DNA from: Camelus ferus | Lineage: Eukaryota | Direction of reading: 5' to 3' | Length of the DNA stretch: 64,000 nucleotides | Assembly: GCF_009834535.1 (NCBI RefSeq) | Contig: NC_045697.1 | Span: 17,114,001-17,178,000 of the forward strand | Shown: one piece after another, positions 45,171 to 59,255 of the stretch | Position numbering within the stretch: the first letter of the stretch is position 1 | How the letters are laid out: each line of letters begins with the position of its first letter | The notes under the pieces: model-generated | What the model was told of the DNA's origin: nothing | What the model saw: the letters and a program-made list of their open reading frames with translations, nothing else | Database searches by the model: none | Made by a program: the position numbers and the translations under genes

Positions 45171-47141
45171 TGATACGCACGCTGCTCTTGATCACCATGT
45201 CTGAGGACTGTTTGTTGACTCAGCATAGCCTACCTGATCCTGGCTAGGATGGTATTTCACCTTCAGAGCAGTTTAGTCCACTTCAGCCAACACCCACTAA
45301 GTGTCTACACATACCAGATTCTGGGCTAGGCACTGAACAGTCATAGAAACAGACACGGTCTGAGCTTAAAATGTAGCAGAGAATGAATAGTTACTCTACA
45401 AAACTACAAAACTACACGTCTTTTACTGTGCTCAATTCCACACCAAAAACAAAACCTAGAAACAGATGTCCAAGAGGCATAGTTCCTATAAAGTTCTTGG
45501 GTTTCACTGTTATCTGTCGTACCAGTTTACTCTTCCCAAAATGTAAACGTCTAGAAGCACCTATGCCTCCCTTCTGTGAAACAGCATTTATACCACATAT
45601 GTGTCTAATAAATGTGCTTGCTAAATGTTTAATGATAAGAACCTAAACAACTCCTCTCGCTACAGTAATATAACAGCTAATAGGCCACTGGTGGATGAAG
45701 CAGTAAAAAGAAGTACAGAATTGAGTCAACTAAATCCATAGGTCTCATTACCAAGAAGGGGATAAAATATTCTATACCAAAACCAACGCACAAACGCTGC
45801 CAAAAGTCACAGCCAAATACGCAGATTGAACACAAAGAACAGCTGCGGTGAAAATTTTATGCTCTTTATTACACAACTTCTCCAAGGACCTGATTTTTAA
45901 ATTCAGTCACTGATTTCCTCATTTGTCAGCATGGATTGCCACAGCCGACCACAGAACCTCGTTGATAAATGGGACTTTTGCTATTAAAAATTATTCACTA
46001 AAGCCATAGTTTCCAGTGTAATAAAAAAAAATATATTGACATTGCAATGTTAAAAGTCTATGGCTTGTGCATGAGCATTATTGCCTAAGCAGTTGTAACA
46101 GAAGGGACTTAGTTCTGTCTTGGGTGTAGGATTGTACGCAGAAGTAAGTGTATGGGATTTTTAAGGTTCCATGGTGCCCTGGAGCAGTATTTTACTAAAT
46201 GAAGCCCCTTCAGAGGGCTGAAACGGTTAACCATCTTGCTCAGCCCTGGAGGGATTGAAGAGGTAGCTCACTGTTTGGAAAGTGTGGGCTACAATTTAGT
46301 CTCCCTTTTCCAAATAAGTCAAAATACAACTCATTTGAACATGGACCGGTGGCCAATCAAGTCTCTGTGGCCCAAACTAATGATGTCCCAACCTAACACA
46401 TAAGTAACTTCCATCTCAGGGACTATCGCAAGCCTATTGAACTAGGCTGTTTGGGTCCTTCAGGAAAGACACATCTTACACTAGAGTATGAATAGTATCA
46501 CTAGAGACAAGGATGAGGCTAGAAATTCCAGGCAAGAAAGCACCTTTCTGAGAAATGTAAAATCTTCTTAGGTTAATTGTATATGAGTGAACCTCATCTG
46601 TAAGAACCCTGTGTGTTGAAATTAGAGCCTGCCTCAAAAATCGTGTGCCTTTTTTATCTGTGATGTGCAAATTAAACATTTTCATATTTGCAATTTAAGC
46701 TTTTAGTTAATTCATCATTTCCAGTCTGATGAGGGTCCCATGCATCTAGGCCTTCTAGAGGTCAGGTCTGATTAGGTGGGTGCAGCATGAGATAAACGTG
46801 AGGACTCTGGCATTCCTGCCTTCAGTACCCACTTCCTGCTCTTTCTTCAGGAACCGTCTGCACCAGTTACTTGTGTCTTCCTCATATTTTTATACTATTG
46901 TTCAATCTGCCACATTGTGATATATAAGACCTCATTAACTAGAAATAAGGCACAACTGCCTTCCTACTGCTTTTATGTTTTTTCTCCTTTAAGCAATGGT
47001 ATTTTTCTAAACTATAGAATTGTTTACATAAGTTAAAAACACAGGATGTAAGTATATGACATATATACATACTCATGTGATGATGCATTCCACAAGCATG
47101 TATCAAAAATTATACTTATTGTGTAAAAATAAGTATGTATA

Positions 47142-47159
47142 CACAACCACCCACCCACC

Positions 47160-47193
<34 letters not shown>
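47142..47193. repeat. (CCCA)n(CA)n compound microsatellite
   Basis: Seen directly. Confidence 0.95.
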
Positions 47194-47345
47194 ACTACAA
47201 ATGCATAATGTAAATTTCCTAGCTAGATAAACTGATTTACCTTTGGCATCTGGCAGTAAGCTGACACCTGCAATAAACTGGTTATTAAATTGACCCATCA
47301 ACTTACAAACTAGTACACTGCATACCACAGAGAATGTCTACCTAA

Positions 47346-47830
47346 TGTCTGTTAGGTAGGCAGCCTAAGCTAAACTTCATTCTCCCATCCTGCTTACTAA
47401 TAAAGCCCCAATTTCATTTGCCCAGTTGAGGCTACATCTCACAGCTTCCCTTGCAGCTACGTATGAAGAGGTAAATTCTGGCCAATGAAATGCAAGCAGA
47501 AGTCATTGCCTGGGATGTCCAAGAAACTCCCTAAAAGATGACACCAGACTGGAATTCACCCCCTTTTATTGCCCTTGCCCTTGCTCTTCCTGCCTGAAAC
47601 ATGGAAATAACAACTGGAGATTTAGCAACTCTTTTTCATCTTGAAGAGGAAAGCCCCATACATTACAAATGAAAGAACAGAAAGACCTGGGTCCCTAATA
47701 AATTTTTGGAGCTACCATGCCAGTGTTAAAGGGCTGTTTCTGGTCTTCATTCATAAAGAGAAAAATCCCACGCCTGATTTGTTTATTTGCTACTTAATTC
47801 AATATTGTATAAAGTCAACTAAAAATCCAA
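47346..47830 (+). mobile_element. MLT1J-like MaLR LTR
   Basis: cagcttcccttgcagcta...ttctggccaatgaaatgcaagcagaagtc...gaacagaaagacctgggtccct. Confidence 0.8.
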
Positions 47831-50800
47831 ATAGTCATTTGTGAGCCTGTTAATGGTGAATAAATGAATATAATTCAGATTTTACCTTAATAAAAGTTGA
47901 TTTATTTTTCACTATTTATCATTAAAAAGAAGATCAAGATCTTTCAGACCCCGTAATTTGGAAGGATTTTATCTGGCAAAACTATCCAAGTCCAGGGTTA
48001 ATGAGGTTCATGTTGATGAGAATTGAACTCTAGCTGTTAAGTAAATAACAACACCAGTAGTAATTTAGAGCTTTTCACCCCTAAAATTTGCAGCAAATTG
48101 CAAATATCCCTAAGGGGTAGGTAAAATTACTGACATAATTTTATTGACAGAGAAACTGAGTCATCAAGTCATAAAATAGCATGGGGTCTTATTTAGTAAA
48201 TAAGCAACATCAGTTGAGGGAGATTGCAGTTAGCTTCTAAAGGCCATCAAAGAGGATTCTTTAAGCATCAGCATTTAATAAAAAGTTTAAAATGCACCCT
48301 CCCCTGTCCTCATCATCATCCAAAACAAAGTGTGTGTGCATGTGTTTTTGAAGCAGGCAGCCAAGGTTTCGTGGTTCTTAGAACCAGTGACGGCCTCAAA
48401 TGCAAAGATCCTGTCTGAGGTCTTTTTATCATTTCTTGTCCCCTTAAACTAGCATAGGGCTGGGCACACGAGAGGTGCCCAATGAGTGTCTACTGAAGGA
48501 GTAACTATATTATGAAATAGTCCTGGGGGCCACGCTACTCCTGAAATTCAACATTCACTTTGAATCCAGGCTATTTCTATGTTAGGAGAAGCCCTTTTTA
48601 TTCTCTTTGCGTCCCCCACCCCCACGTTGTCCCCCTGCCCCAAGGCTGACACGGCATTCTCCTGAGTCCCTTGCCACTCTGCATTCAAGCCACCTCTGAA
48701 AACCCATCTTCCCTCTTGATTCATTTCTCAACACGAACAAGGAAACGGTTTGATGGTAGACTAATAATTGATGGTTATGATATCTGATGTTGTATAAAAG
48801 GTTTGATTTCATGGCTGCATCACTGTTTATAAAGCATCATATATCGAAAAAGAAAGAAAAAAAATATGTCCTGAGTAATGTCCTTGCTGGAATACTTTCT
48901 TCCTGGAGGAGAGCTGCACCGCCCACAGAGACGGATGGGCCACTTTTAAATTAGTAAGAGCTGGAATGTCTCTTCTCCCCTTAAAGGCTGTTGTTATGAA
49001 TGGTCAGCATGCAGCCAATCTCTTCTTTGACCCTGCCCTCCAGGCCATCTTAGCTACTTGTCTTAAACTTGAGCCCTTTGACAGGGTGTTTGATGGAGGT
49101 GGCCCTGAGGCAGAAGGCTGGTTTTATTGAATCAAAATGCTATAGCTTCGCTGAAGACCTTTCATCCAACCACTGCTGAAGGCCTTTGAGGCCCTTGTTT
49201 ACAGCAGGTGGATGAAGTGAACTTCCCACGGTCACTTAACAAGTCAAGGGCCAGGCAGGGCATTCCATAATCAAGTCCAATGGCCGTGAAACCTCCATTT
49301 GTGCCGTTTGTCATGCACACTTGGTGTTTCTCAAATGGCAGTTAGGAATTATCCATCCAAAGAAGTTTCGGAAAAACAGGGGCTCAGAGGAGCACAGTTG
49401 TGGGAGAAAAATGAATCTTTGCCCAGAGACATAGGCTCAAGACCTGATTCCAACTTTGCTAAATGAAGACAAAAACCATCTTAATAAACATTCTTTCCCG
49501 TTTTCAGTCTCCTTTGGAAGTCATGATATTCTTGTACCTCTCGGTCTAGTCTCAGGTAAATTAAAAGTGTAACACCGAGTCAAAGGAGGCCTTCCTTTCC
49601 CTGACATGAAAACCTAGACCCCCGAGTTGAACTCCCACCAACATTCAAAACCTGTCCTTTCTCCACAACTTCCATCTCCCGTCCACAAGGCACCCAGAAA
49701 TGTCAGCTAGACAGGAACGATTGAAATCCTCGTGGAGACTATTCACTTTATTTCCAAGATAGAAGTTATTTTTGCACAAAAGGGAGGGGGAGAAGACAGA
49801 GGAAAGGTTATTTACAGAAATTAGCTGCAGAGAGAAAAAAAATGGGACTCTAAATGGAGAGATTATCAACGTAGAAAGATGTGTTAGAGTCTAATAAGAA
49901 ACACATGCCTCATGCAGTATATCTGAATATAACCATTAGCAGCATGGAAGAGAGGCTGTTTACTGTATTAAAGCTACCTTTACTGGTTGTACAGAAACAA
50001 AAAAGGATTGTGTTGGGGCCATCACACTCCCATCTTTTCAATTACAGAGATAGAACAATCTCAGATTCCAAAGCTAACTACAAATCAAAATTGTGTTATG
50101 TTATCTGCTGAGACACAAATGGAAAATAAATACTGTTAACTGTCACTTTCCATTAGGTAACAGAAATTCAATTACATTTCAAACAAGCCTCCATGTCAAC
50201 AGAATAAATCTGTTTCATAAATGAGCAGGTAACCATTTTTGATTCCAACTTCCCAAAGGGAAAAAATCAATTTTAATCACAATTCTTCAATTTTTTTTTT
50301 CCATATGAATGTTTCAGAGTCAAGTACATCATCTGGTCTGATAAATAGTGTTGTACAGAAGAAGGGGAAAAAAGCTGAAATTGGTTGTTGTTTGTTTCTG
50401 GTGCCTTTTAAACCAGAGACTCTTCATGTCCAGCTTAACTGAACTCCGTAATGTTCAGATGCTTTCACTTTAAAAGCAAATGTCAGAAAGGGCTGAAATG
50501 TACAAGTGAAATGCTTTCTGCAGTGGAGATGGTCCCAATAAGAAATGTACACAGGGAATATGAATCAGTTTTAGTGGCAGACCCTGAAAGGGGACACCCT
50601 TCCCCAGGCCCCCACCACAACTCCCTTAAAATGTAAGGAGAATCGGAAAGACAAGTCTCTGTTCTGGAAGATTCAGTCAACCAGAGGACAAAGCTGATGA
50701 ATCTGGGGTGACTGAGAGAGCATGAAGTAAATTGCTCACTCAGTGTAAGGGTATTTTGATCTAGAAACACTTGCTGGTTACCAACTTGTGTTGCAATGGG

Positions 50801-50914
50801 ACAGTCTTTTGGAGGGGAACTTTATATATTTTGTTTGACTTCTAGTGAATGCTGAAGTATAGACAATGCCAAGAATGGGCTTCCAAACACATTATAGCTC
50901 GTTGAAGGACAGAG

Positions 50915-51160
50915 CACTCCTAACAGCTACTACTTAGAGTCCTATCTGTGACCCTAGGCACTGTTGCGAGCACTTTGCATAATTATTTCATTTAATCCTC
51001 ACCAGCAGCCCTGTGAGAAAGGTCTCAGTCTGATCTCCAGAAGGCAATGTAGACACCAAGAGATTAAGTTCTAGCCCAACTTGCACAGCAAGAATATGGC
51101 TGAGCTGGGATTCGAGCCCATGTGGTCTGACTTCAGAGTCTGTACTTGGCAACCATCTCT
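50915..51160 (-). mobile_element. MIR SINE
   Basis: tttcatttaatcctcaccagcagccctgtgag...gctgggattcgagcccatgtggtctgacttcagagtc. Confidence 0.85.
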
Positions 51161-51217
51161 CCACCAGATTTGCAAATTCAAACCTCCAGGGCTCAGCAAT
51201 GTTTTAAGTGTTCCAAG

Positions 51218-51345
51218 TGGATGACCATATGATTCATCGACCAAATCAGGAAACTTTTGAGAGTGAAAAAGGATTCTATTAATAATTGTGCCAAAACAGA
51301 AACAAACTGCAACTGTCCTTGGCAAATAGGAGAACATGGCCTTAA
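51218..51345. mobile_element. MER94 (hAT-Blackjack)
   Basis: ggatgaccatatgattcatcgaccaaatcaggaaacttttgagagtgaaaaagg...ctattaataattgtgcc. Confidence 0.8.
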
Positions 51346-51665
51346 TTTATAAAGAAGGTGTACATGTTACACAGAGAGTTTGAGTGATAAAGGAAGAGTT
51401 TAGCAAAAGTAATATGTTATTGGCTTTTAAGAAAGGGTAGAGAGGGATAGTGAGCTGAGCCACTAATTCAAGGAAATATGAAGCCCCTGCTCTATGTCCA
51501 GCACTGTGCCAGGTGCTAAGATTATGGCTGAGAATAAGTCAGACAAGGTCATTGCCCTCTTGAGGTTTACCCTCCAGTAGGTTGTTGTGAGGCTCAAAAT
51601 CAATTAAATGAGATAATATACACGAGAATGGTTGTTGGAGGGCATGCTAAAGTGGAACACATATC

Positions 51666-51892
51666 CAGTAGACCCTTGAATAACATGGGTTTGAACTGTG
51701 CAGGTCCACTCACATGTAGATTGTTTTCAATAAATACATACGGTACTACACCATCTGAACTTGGTTGAAGCCACAGATACAGAACTGAGGATACAGAGGG
51801 CCAAATGTCAAGTTATACTCAGATTTTCAACTGCACGGGAAAGGGTGAGGGAGTCAGAGCCCCTAACTTCTACGTTGTTCAAGTGTCAACTG
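51666..51892. mobile_element. Tigger2-derived MITE (TcMar-Tigger)
   Basis: TIRs cagtagacccttgaataac and gttgttcaagtgtcaactg, followed by TA. Confidence 0.9.
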
Positions 51893-51909
51893 TACACCAA
51901 GCTATCACT

Positions 51910-52170
51910 AAGAAGCAGGGTGTTAAGGTGGAAAGAACAAGAGTTTGGGAGTAAAATAGACCTGGATTCTAATTTGGCCTTTACCACTTACTGTCTATAT
52001 GACTGTGGGCCCGTTAATTAACCACTCTGAGCCTCCATTTCTTGATCTATAAAATGTAAATAATAATATCTTCATTGCAAAGTGGTCGTTAAGAGCTGTG
52101 GATAATGTATGTTACATGCCTCCCACAACGTTGGCCACTGCTTAAAACATGGTAGCCACCATCATTATTG
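51910..52170 (+). mobile_element. MIR SINE
   Basis: agacctggattctaatttggcctttaccacttact...ttaaccactctgagcctccatttcttgatctataaaatg. Confidence 0.85.
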
Positions 52171-52531
52171 GGATGTCTGGGTCCTTGTACCCTGGGTAGA
52201 TTCAAAATGCACCAAGTATGTGGAATGTAAAGCCTATTTAGTTGGCTGAATTTGTACCACATTTGAAGCTGGCCTGAAGGAGATGAGCATAGTCAAATGA
52301 GGGATATGTCCTCAACCCGTGGAGGAAATCTGAGTGATACAAAAATGGAGGAGTAGTCAGTATCCGTCAGTTAAGAGAACAGAGTCCACAAGAGCAGACA
52401 GCCAAGAAGGGAATGAGGTCAGTGTGCTCTTGGGTTCTTGGCTGGGTCATAGACTTACCCCAAGACCTTGGTCAACATGGTGAACATCCATATTCTACCT
52501 CCCTTATCTGCAAATTCTGAGTGATCTAGGC

Positions 52532-52650
52532 CAGAGGATGGCAAACTTCTTCTAAAAAGGGCTCGATAGTAAACAGTTCAGGCTTTGCTGGCTATAGTCT
52601 CTATTGCAACCACTCAAATGTTATTGTAGCCCCAAAGTAGTCAAAGGCAG
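52532..52650 (+). mobile_element. MER58A partial
   Basis: tggcaaacttcttctaaaaagggctcgatagtaaacagttcaggctttgc. Confidence 0.8.
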
Positions 52651-52689
52651 GAAACTTAGGACCTGGCTGCAGGACCGCTAAAAACTAGG

Positions 52690-52790
52690 ACTCTGTTTTA
52701 TCCTCATTATCAACCCAACATCCAACTCCGTGCTTACTGAGACTCATTGAATGAATGAATGAATGAATGAATGAGTGAATAAATGAATAA
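52690..52790 (+). mobile_element. L2 3' end with (TGAA)n tail
   Basis: cattgaatgaatgaatgaatgaatgaatgagtgaataaatgaat. Confidence 0.75.
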
Positions 52791-53339
52791 TAAAGCAACG
52801 TTGAAGCTTTATTAATGTAGTAACACTATTTTGAGGAGTGGCTGGTATTTTGAGGTTAATGATGGAGAAAAGGGAATGAGAGAAGAGTCAGCAGGACTCA
52901 GCGCGAGCAATAAAAAGGTGAGTATGAGCCAAGCTGCAGGGAGTGGGAATGTTTTTGAGGAGGGATGCAATAGGATCAGATCAGTATTTAGGAAAGAATA
53001 CTCTTAGGTATTTATTACAGGAGGGAACAAGCTTAAAGACAGGGAGACTATTAACCCAGGTAAAAAGGAACAGAACCTAAACCAAGACAGTGGCAGTGGT
53101 GTAGAAGAGTACAGAATCAAAACATTTTAGAATTAGAATTGACAGGATTTATCTTAGACAATCAGGAGGAAGTTTAGACTGCAGATGCCCTGGGGTTTTA
53201 AGTGTTAGCATTTAGGAGGACAATGATGATATTAACCAGAGAAAGCCATGGGGTGGAGGTGATAACCTAGCGACCACGTTAAATTTGACATGTCAAAATC
53301 TAGGACACACTTGTTGATCAGCAATAAATTCTCCTAAGT

Positions 53340-53710
53340 GTCACCCTCCAGTTCTCCAGCTTAGCTACCATCTCCCAACAGAAGAAAAATGATTTTCAGA
53401 GTCTTGGTCAAACACGCTGATGAAATCAATATTCACGCTATCTACAGCACGTCCTCCTTTATCAGTCTAATAGTTCACTGGAAAAGAAGTGACATTAGCT
53501 TGGCTTCTTTTTCATTGACTTTAGTGATCTTTCTTTTTCTCATGTTCAGTAGCCAGCTATTTAATTCTCTCGAATTTTACTAGAATTTTTCTGAAGATTG
53601 ATAGAATAGTCACTGATTTGTGGGTTTTCCAAAATCTATTTAATTCTTTTTTGTTTAATTAAGTCATCTATAGATCTCCAGTCCTCTGGCGTGGCTCCCT
53701 GTCTCTGGGA
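53340..53710 (-). mobile_element. L3 (CR1) LINE RT-region fragment
   Basis: Reverse strand reads GRAVDSVNIDFISVFDQ, compared with CR1 G.AVDxVYLDFSKAFD; ctccagtcctctggc corresponds to the PEDW region. Confidence 0.7.
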
Positions 53711-54121
53711 TATGCACACAACCACTCACAGTGGTCCTGTGGTGTATATTCAAGTCCCTGCAGTACTGTGGGGTGGTTCAGTGGCCGGGTGACACCTATG
53801 ACTCACCCCAACTTTGAAACCACTGAGCACCCAGTTTCAGTTTGAAGGTCATTGCCTCTGATGACAAAAAATAAATAGAAATGAGAGGATTGGCTTCCTA
53901 TTGCCCATCACCTGCTCCAAGCAATTAAGTCTATCCTTTCATCATTATCCATATGCAAATTAGGAGGTTGGCCCTGACTTCAAATTCTACTGCTTTTCCC
54001 TTTTAAGAACCACCTCCTTCTCCCAACTGAGGCTCACTGGTCACAGTGAGCTGTAGCTTCTGGTCACTGTAGCATCCACGCTGTGTCCCATAGAGTTGTG
54101 CCCAACAGCTGTGACTATGGC

Positions 54122-54625
54122 TGTGGTGACAGAAAAATGGCCCCCTCAAAGATGTCTACATCCTAATGCCCAGAACCTGTGAATATGCTTGGTTACAAGG
54201 CAAAGGGAACTGAATGCTTCAGAGGGAATTAAGATTGCTAATCAGCTAACCTTAAAAGAGGGAGATTATCTTGGATAATCTCAGTGTGGCTAATCACTCA
54301 TCACAGTGAAAGAGGGACTCAGGGGTTCGGAAGAGAGAACAAGAGAAATGGCAGCATGAGAATGACTCAGCTGGATGTTACCAGATTCGAAGATAAGAGG
54401 GCCACAAACCAAGGAATGCAGACAGCCTCTAGAAACTTGAAATGGCAAGGGAAAAATGTCTTAGCTAGAGCCTTCAGAAGGAACACAGTCCTGCCAAAAC
54501 CTTGACTTCAGCCCTGTGAGACCCATTTCAGACTTCCGGCCTAAAAAATTTTAAGATAATAAGTTTGTGTTGTTCTAAGCCATCAGGTTTATGGTAATGT
54601 ACAGCAACAATAGGAAACTAGTACA
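54122..54625 (+). mobile_element. MLT1D MaLR solo LTR
   Basis: tgtggtgacagaaaaatggcccc...aaagatgtctacatcctaat...ataggaaactagtaca; TSD atggc / atagc. Confidence 0.92.
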
Positions 54626-55202
54626 ATAGCAACTGCTGAATGGTTTCCAGGTTTCTGCCATCATTTTTCTACACCTTATCTAATCAAAAGCTGCTTTCAA
54701 GCGCCATCTTACTCATTTTTCCATATTGTAAAACAAACAGTTCAGTGACTTACACATAGTAGGTGCTTAAAATTTTTTTGGCTTTTTCTTTGAAAAAATA
54801 GATATAAAAGAAATACAAAAAAAAAAGATCTTACACCAAATGTTAGCAGTAGTTATCCCACTGGTGATATTCTGTGGGGTTTTTATTTTCTTCTGTAGCG
54901 AGGTGGAAAAAAAATATTTTCAAGATTCCTTTTAGAAAAAAGTACTGTTTTCACTGGGAACTATTTGCAGATAAGTCTCTTCGGGTGGAGAAGAGACACA
55001 GAGGGGATATACCAGCAAGCCCCTCAAAATCAAAAGGACCAGTTAATAACAGCTCTGCTGCAGCTAGCTGCTGGGTCCTGCATCGATGGCTTCCCTATTC
55101 CCCACCCTTGTAAACGGTCCCTCTGCTAAATCTTGCTCAAATTAGTTTAACTTATGTGTGTCTTCTGTTTCCTCTTGGGAGTCTGATTGGCACAATGACC
55201 TA

Positions 55203-55204
<2 letters not shown>

Positions 55205-55256
<52 letters not shown>
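55205..55256. repeat. (AC)n microsatellite, about 23 perfect units
   Basis: Seen directly. Confidence 0.98.
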
Positions 55257-57273
55257 CTGAAACAAAAGTTTCAAGACTTTCTATCTGGTCATGCCCTACC
55301 TGCTTCACAAAATTATCAGAATTTCATGATCCTCATTTTGAAATACCCATTTTAGACTACATCAATAGTAGGAAACACAGAAAAATAAAAACTAGTTACG
55401 TGTGCTCTGTATTGGGAAAAAAAAAAGAAGAAAAGAAAACTGGGGCATAGGAAAGAGAAAAAGGGGAGGGGTAGAGAAGAATAAAGAAAATGCCAAGGAA
55501 TATGGCAAGGCGGTCAACTGGCTGTTAAGAATAGGCATGTCTAATACTCAATTCGACGTGATTTGTTTTGGTCTGTTTTTAGCCTCTTGCATCTCCCAAA
55601 CCTTAAGTAAAGTTTACTATATATACAAACACCTTGCATGCATGGATGTGGGTTTGTTTGTTGAAAAGGGGAAAGAAAATTGAGTTAGGGAACAAGAGGT
55701 TCACTTCCAGGTCTATGTAGTTGAAGTAGGAAGGCACTTCGGAGGCACCTCCATGGTCCAGAGGCAACAGTACCATGAAAAGAGTGTCAAGTTCCCACAA
55801 GTTGGGTAGTGGGGTTTCACCCAATCTAACAAGACATTAAAGGTAGCTCCTCCCAGGTGATCTTGGATCTACTTCTTTCTTTCTGTTTACATTTTCTACA
55901 ATAAATATATATTACTTTCATAAAGAAGGAAAAGGTCTTTTCTAAACATTTGTTTGAACTGAATGATGTCAAAGGCACAGGCTATATGCCTGCATTGTGT
56001 TAGGCACTCTTGTGAATCTGAGGCAATTCTAATATCCATCCTCAGCCTCAAGAAGTTTGTACTCTCCCCAGAAAAAGGGGAAGCAAGGAAGAAGCTGAAA
56101 ACAATTCTACTTTGCTACTGGACATGGTTCAAAAAAAAAAAAAAAAATCAGAGAGTTAAAGAACCATTGGGAAACACAAGACTAAAAAGAGCTTGAGTTG
56201 ATAAAGGCAGATTCTCTGAGGAGCCCAGATGTAGAAGAGGAAAAGGAAGTCTTGATTTAGTACCAGCAGAGGAGCTAGTTCAGAAGATGATGTTATTGGA
56301 ACCATTAATTAACGGTGCCCAGAGTCTCAGCTGATTCATGAGTCCACCCTCATGTCCAGTCTTGGCTTTTTGCACTAACCTGCCCTGCCTGTTTTAATAA
56401 ATACCCAAGACGACAGTACCACAGCAGTGACATTCCCTGCTTCATCCTGTAGAGAGTGGGTAGGACACAGACCCTTGCTCCAGAGTCCCAACACCCAAAT
56501 TCCCTGCCTTTCCCCAACTAACAGGAAGTACAATTAATTCATCAGGAGGAAAGGGGAAAAGAAGCAGCTTTGAAAGCATGTCTTCTCTAAGGTTCATTTA
56601 AATCAGGTTAACTTTCATTTAGTTTGCTAGGTTTAGGGTCATATTCTCTTGCCTTAGTTTTTAAATTTATGCAGCAAATGTTTTTGATTTATGTAGTATG
56701 GAGGGATTAATTACACTCTTTACCACAGTAGACCGTATGGAATTTATTTGCCTTCTATTTGCCATAGAGTTCATCTCAGAAAAACTGATCGTGCTAGTCA
56801 GAGGCTGCTTGAGCGGGACAGATAATGGTTTGCAAGCTGTGTCCAAAGACCTCGGGTTCTACCAGGCTGTCTCAGGGGTCAAGTGTGAGAGTGAGAAGAA
56901 GGGCTGTAGACCTCCCATCTCTTTCTAAATGGAGCTATTTGAGGTTCTGCATAAGACTTCATTCGAAGTGAACAAGGAGAGGCTTTTCTGCTGCTTAGAA
57001 AAAATGTAAACCGCTGATTCTCATTCTATTTGGTCATTTCACAGATGGATAAAAGGGGTCCTAAGAAGACAGGAGACTTACCCAGGATCATCCAGGTAAT
57101 AATTAATGGAATAGGAGTGAAATCTCAATAGGGATTGATACAAATAGAGAAAAATCACAGTCATATCAGTGATTTATTTCAACCTCTCAGCATGAGGTAT
57201 CAGAAAACGGAAAAGGCTTAGATGAGTTAAGGAGTTAGCATATTAAAGGAAAAGAAGGCCCAGCAGTCCTGGT

Positions 57274-58335
57274 TTCATTCATTTATCCAACAAATATTAC
57301 AGAGAACTTTCTATATACAAGGTGCTATGCCAAGCACTGAGGAAGAACAGCATTCAAGATAGAAAAGGATGCTTTCAAGGAGTCCAAACTCCAATGTGGA
57401 AGGAAATAAAAGACTACAAACCAATAAATAAACAAAATAATTACAGATGCAATACACACCATGAAGGTAATAAAGAAGATGAAGTAGAAAGTGAATTTAC
57501 AGATTGGTGAGGAAAGGCCACTTTAAGAAGGTGATATCTGAATTTAAGCAGAAGAAAAAGAAGGAGGCAGTAATGCAAAAAGGGTAGGGACAGCATTCCA
57601 GATAAACAGAAATCTACATGAAAAATCCCAGAAGCAGGAAAGATTGGAACCCATTCAAGAAACATAAAAGGGGACAGTGTAGATGGAAAGTGGTGGAGAC
57701 AGTGGCCACATGAGGTTGGAGAGGTAGATAGAAACCAGATCACACGTGGCCATGCGGACCATGGTAAAAATCTCAGATTTTATTGTAAGAGCAAAGAACC
57801 TAAATCACTGAAGAGTTTTTAGACAGAGAGTCACATAATCTGATTTATATTTGAAGAATACTCTGGCCAATGTAGGATGACTAGTTGGTGGAGGATACAG
57901 GGTAAATGCAAGGAAGACCAATACTCAGAGGCTATTGCATTAGTCAAAGAAAGAGATAATGGTGGTAAACGTGGTAATATTAGAGATAAAGAGAAGTGTG
58001 TGAATTCAAATGATATGTTGCATATAAAGCCAGTAAGATATGCTGATGAACTGAACAGGGAGAAGTAGTGAGGAAAAGTGTATCAAGAGTGGCTCCCAGC
58101 TGAACAACAAGGAGGATGGTATTCCATTTACTGAGCATGAAGGGAAGGATATTTTGCATAGAGAAACCAAAATATTCATTTCAGGTGCACTGTGTTTGCG
58201 ATATCCACTGGACAGCCAAATGGAGATGATGAGTAGGACACTGGCTATATACGTACAGAGCTCAAGAGAGTGTTCAGTGGTGATGTTGAAAATGTGGCAT
58301 CTGTAACTTGGAGATGGTATCTGAAAACTTGGAGT
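57274..58335 (-). mobile_element. L2 (L2a-like) 3' region, about 1 kb
   Basis: ttcattcatttatccaacaaatatt...ggaaaggccactttaagaaggtgatatctga...gaggctattgcattagtc...ccatttactgag; resumes at about 59265 after the L1 insert. Confidence 0.88.
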
Positions 58336-58340
58336 TGGAG

Positions 58341-59255
58341 AGATCCACTTCCAGTATGGCTGAAAATGCACCCATCAGACTGACCATCCCAATGATAACA
58401 ACTATAAACTCTGAGCAAAATACCAAAAACAAACTAATGAGGCCCTGAAAAGTAAGCAAATGCAGGCAGATTCTAGAAAGGAATTGATATTTGGAAAAAG
58501 ATATTGTTATATGAGTTTCCCATTTTTATGGTTTTTAGCTTATTTGGTGGGGAGGGGACCTGTCTTTTTGGCCAGAAGAATCCGAGGACAGCAAATCTCT
58601 GTGACCTTGAAACACAAATGATGGAGCCAACTGAAAGATGCTCAGCTAAAGATAAAATATCTGAACTGAGATTTCAGCTGCTGCCACCCAAGAAATAGAA
58701 TGTTCTGTCTATGTTCAACCAAATTAATTGCCTACTAAAACAAAAAATATCAGCTCTTTGAAGACTATAACAGAATCCAGGATCTCCATGACATAAAATC
58801 TGCAATGTTTGGGATACAATCTAAAATTACTCAATATACAAAAAACTAGGCAAGTGTGACCATATTAAAAGAAAGACAATCCATGGAGATTAACCACAAG
58901 ATGACCCAGATGTTAGAAGTAACAGACTATGGTTTTAGAGCAACTAATAGAAACTTGACCGATGAGGTAAAACAAAACACATTTCTAATGAATGAGTAGA
59001 TAGGAATCTCACAAAGAAAAATAAATACTACCAAAAAATCAAATGAAATTTCTAGGACTAAAAATAGAATATCTGAAATTCCTTACAAAAAAAAAAAATC
59101 ACTGGATGGGCTTAACAGTCCAGAAGAATGATTCAATGAGCTTGAACATAGATCAATAGGTAATACACAATCTGAAGAACTGAGGAAAAAATTTTTAATG
59201 AACAGAGCCTCAGTGGGACAATATCCAAAGGTCTAACATACATATAATTAGAAAT
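58341..59255 (+). mobile_element. Ancient L1M/L1ME 5'UTR-ORF1 fragment inserted into the L2
   Basis: acttccagtatggctg...aacaactataaactctg...taacagaatcca...agatgacccagatgttagaa...aatcactggatgggcttaacag...aatgaacagagcctcag. Confidence 0.8.
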
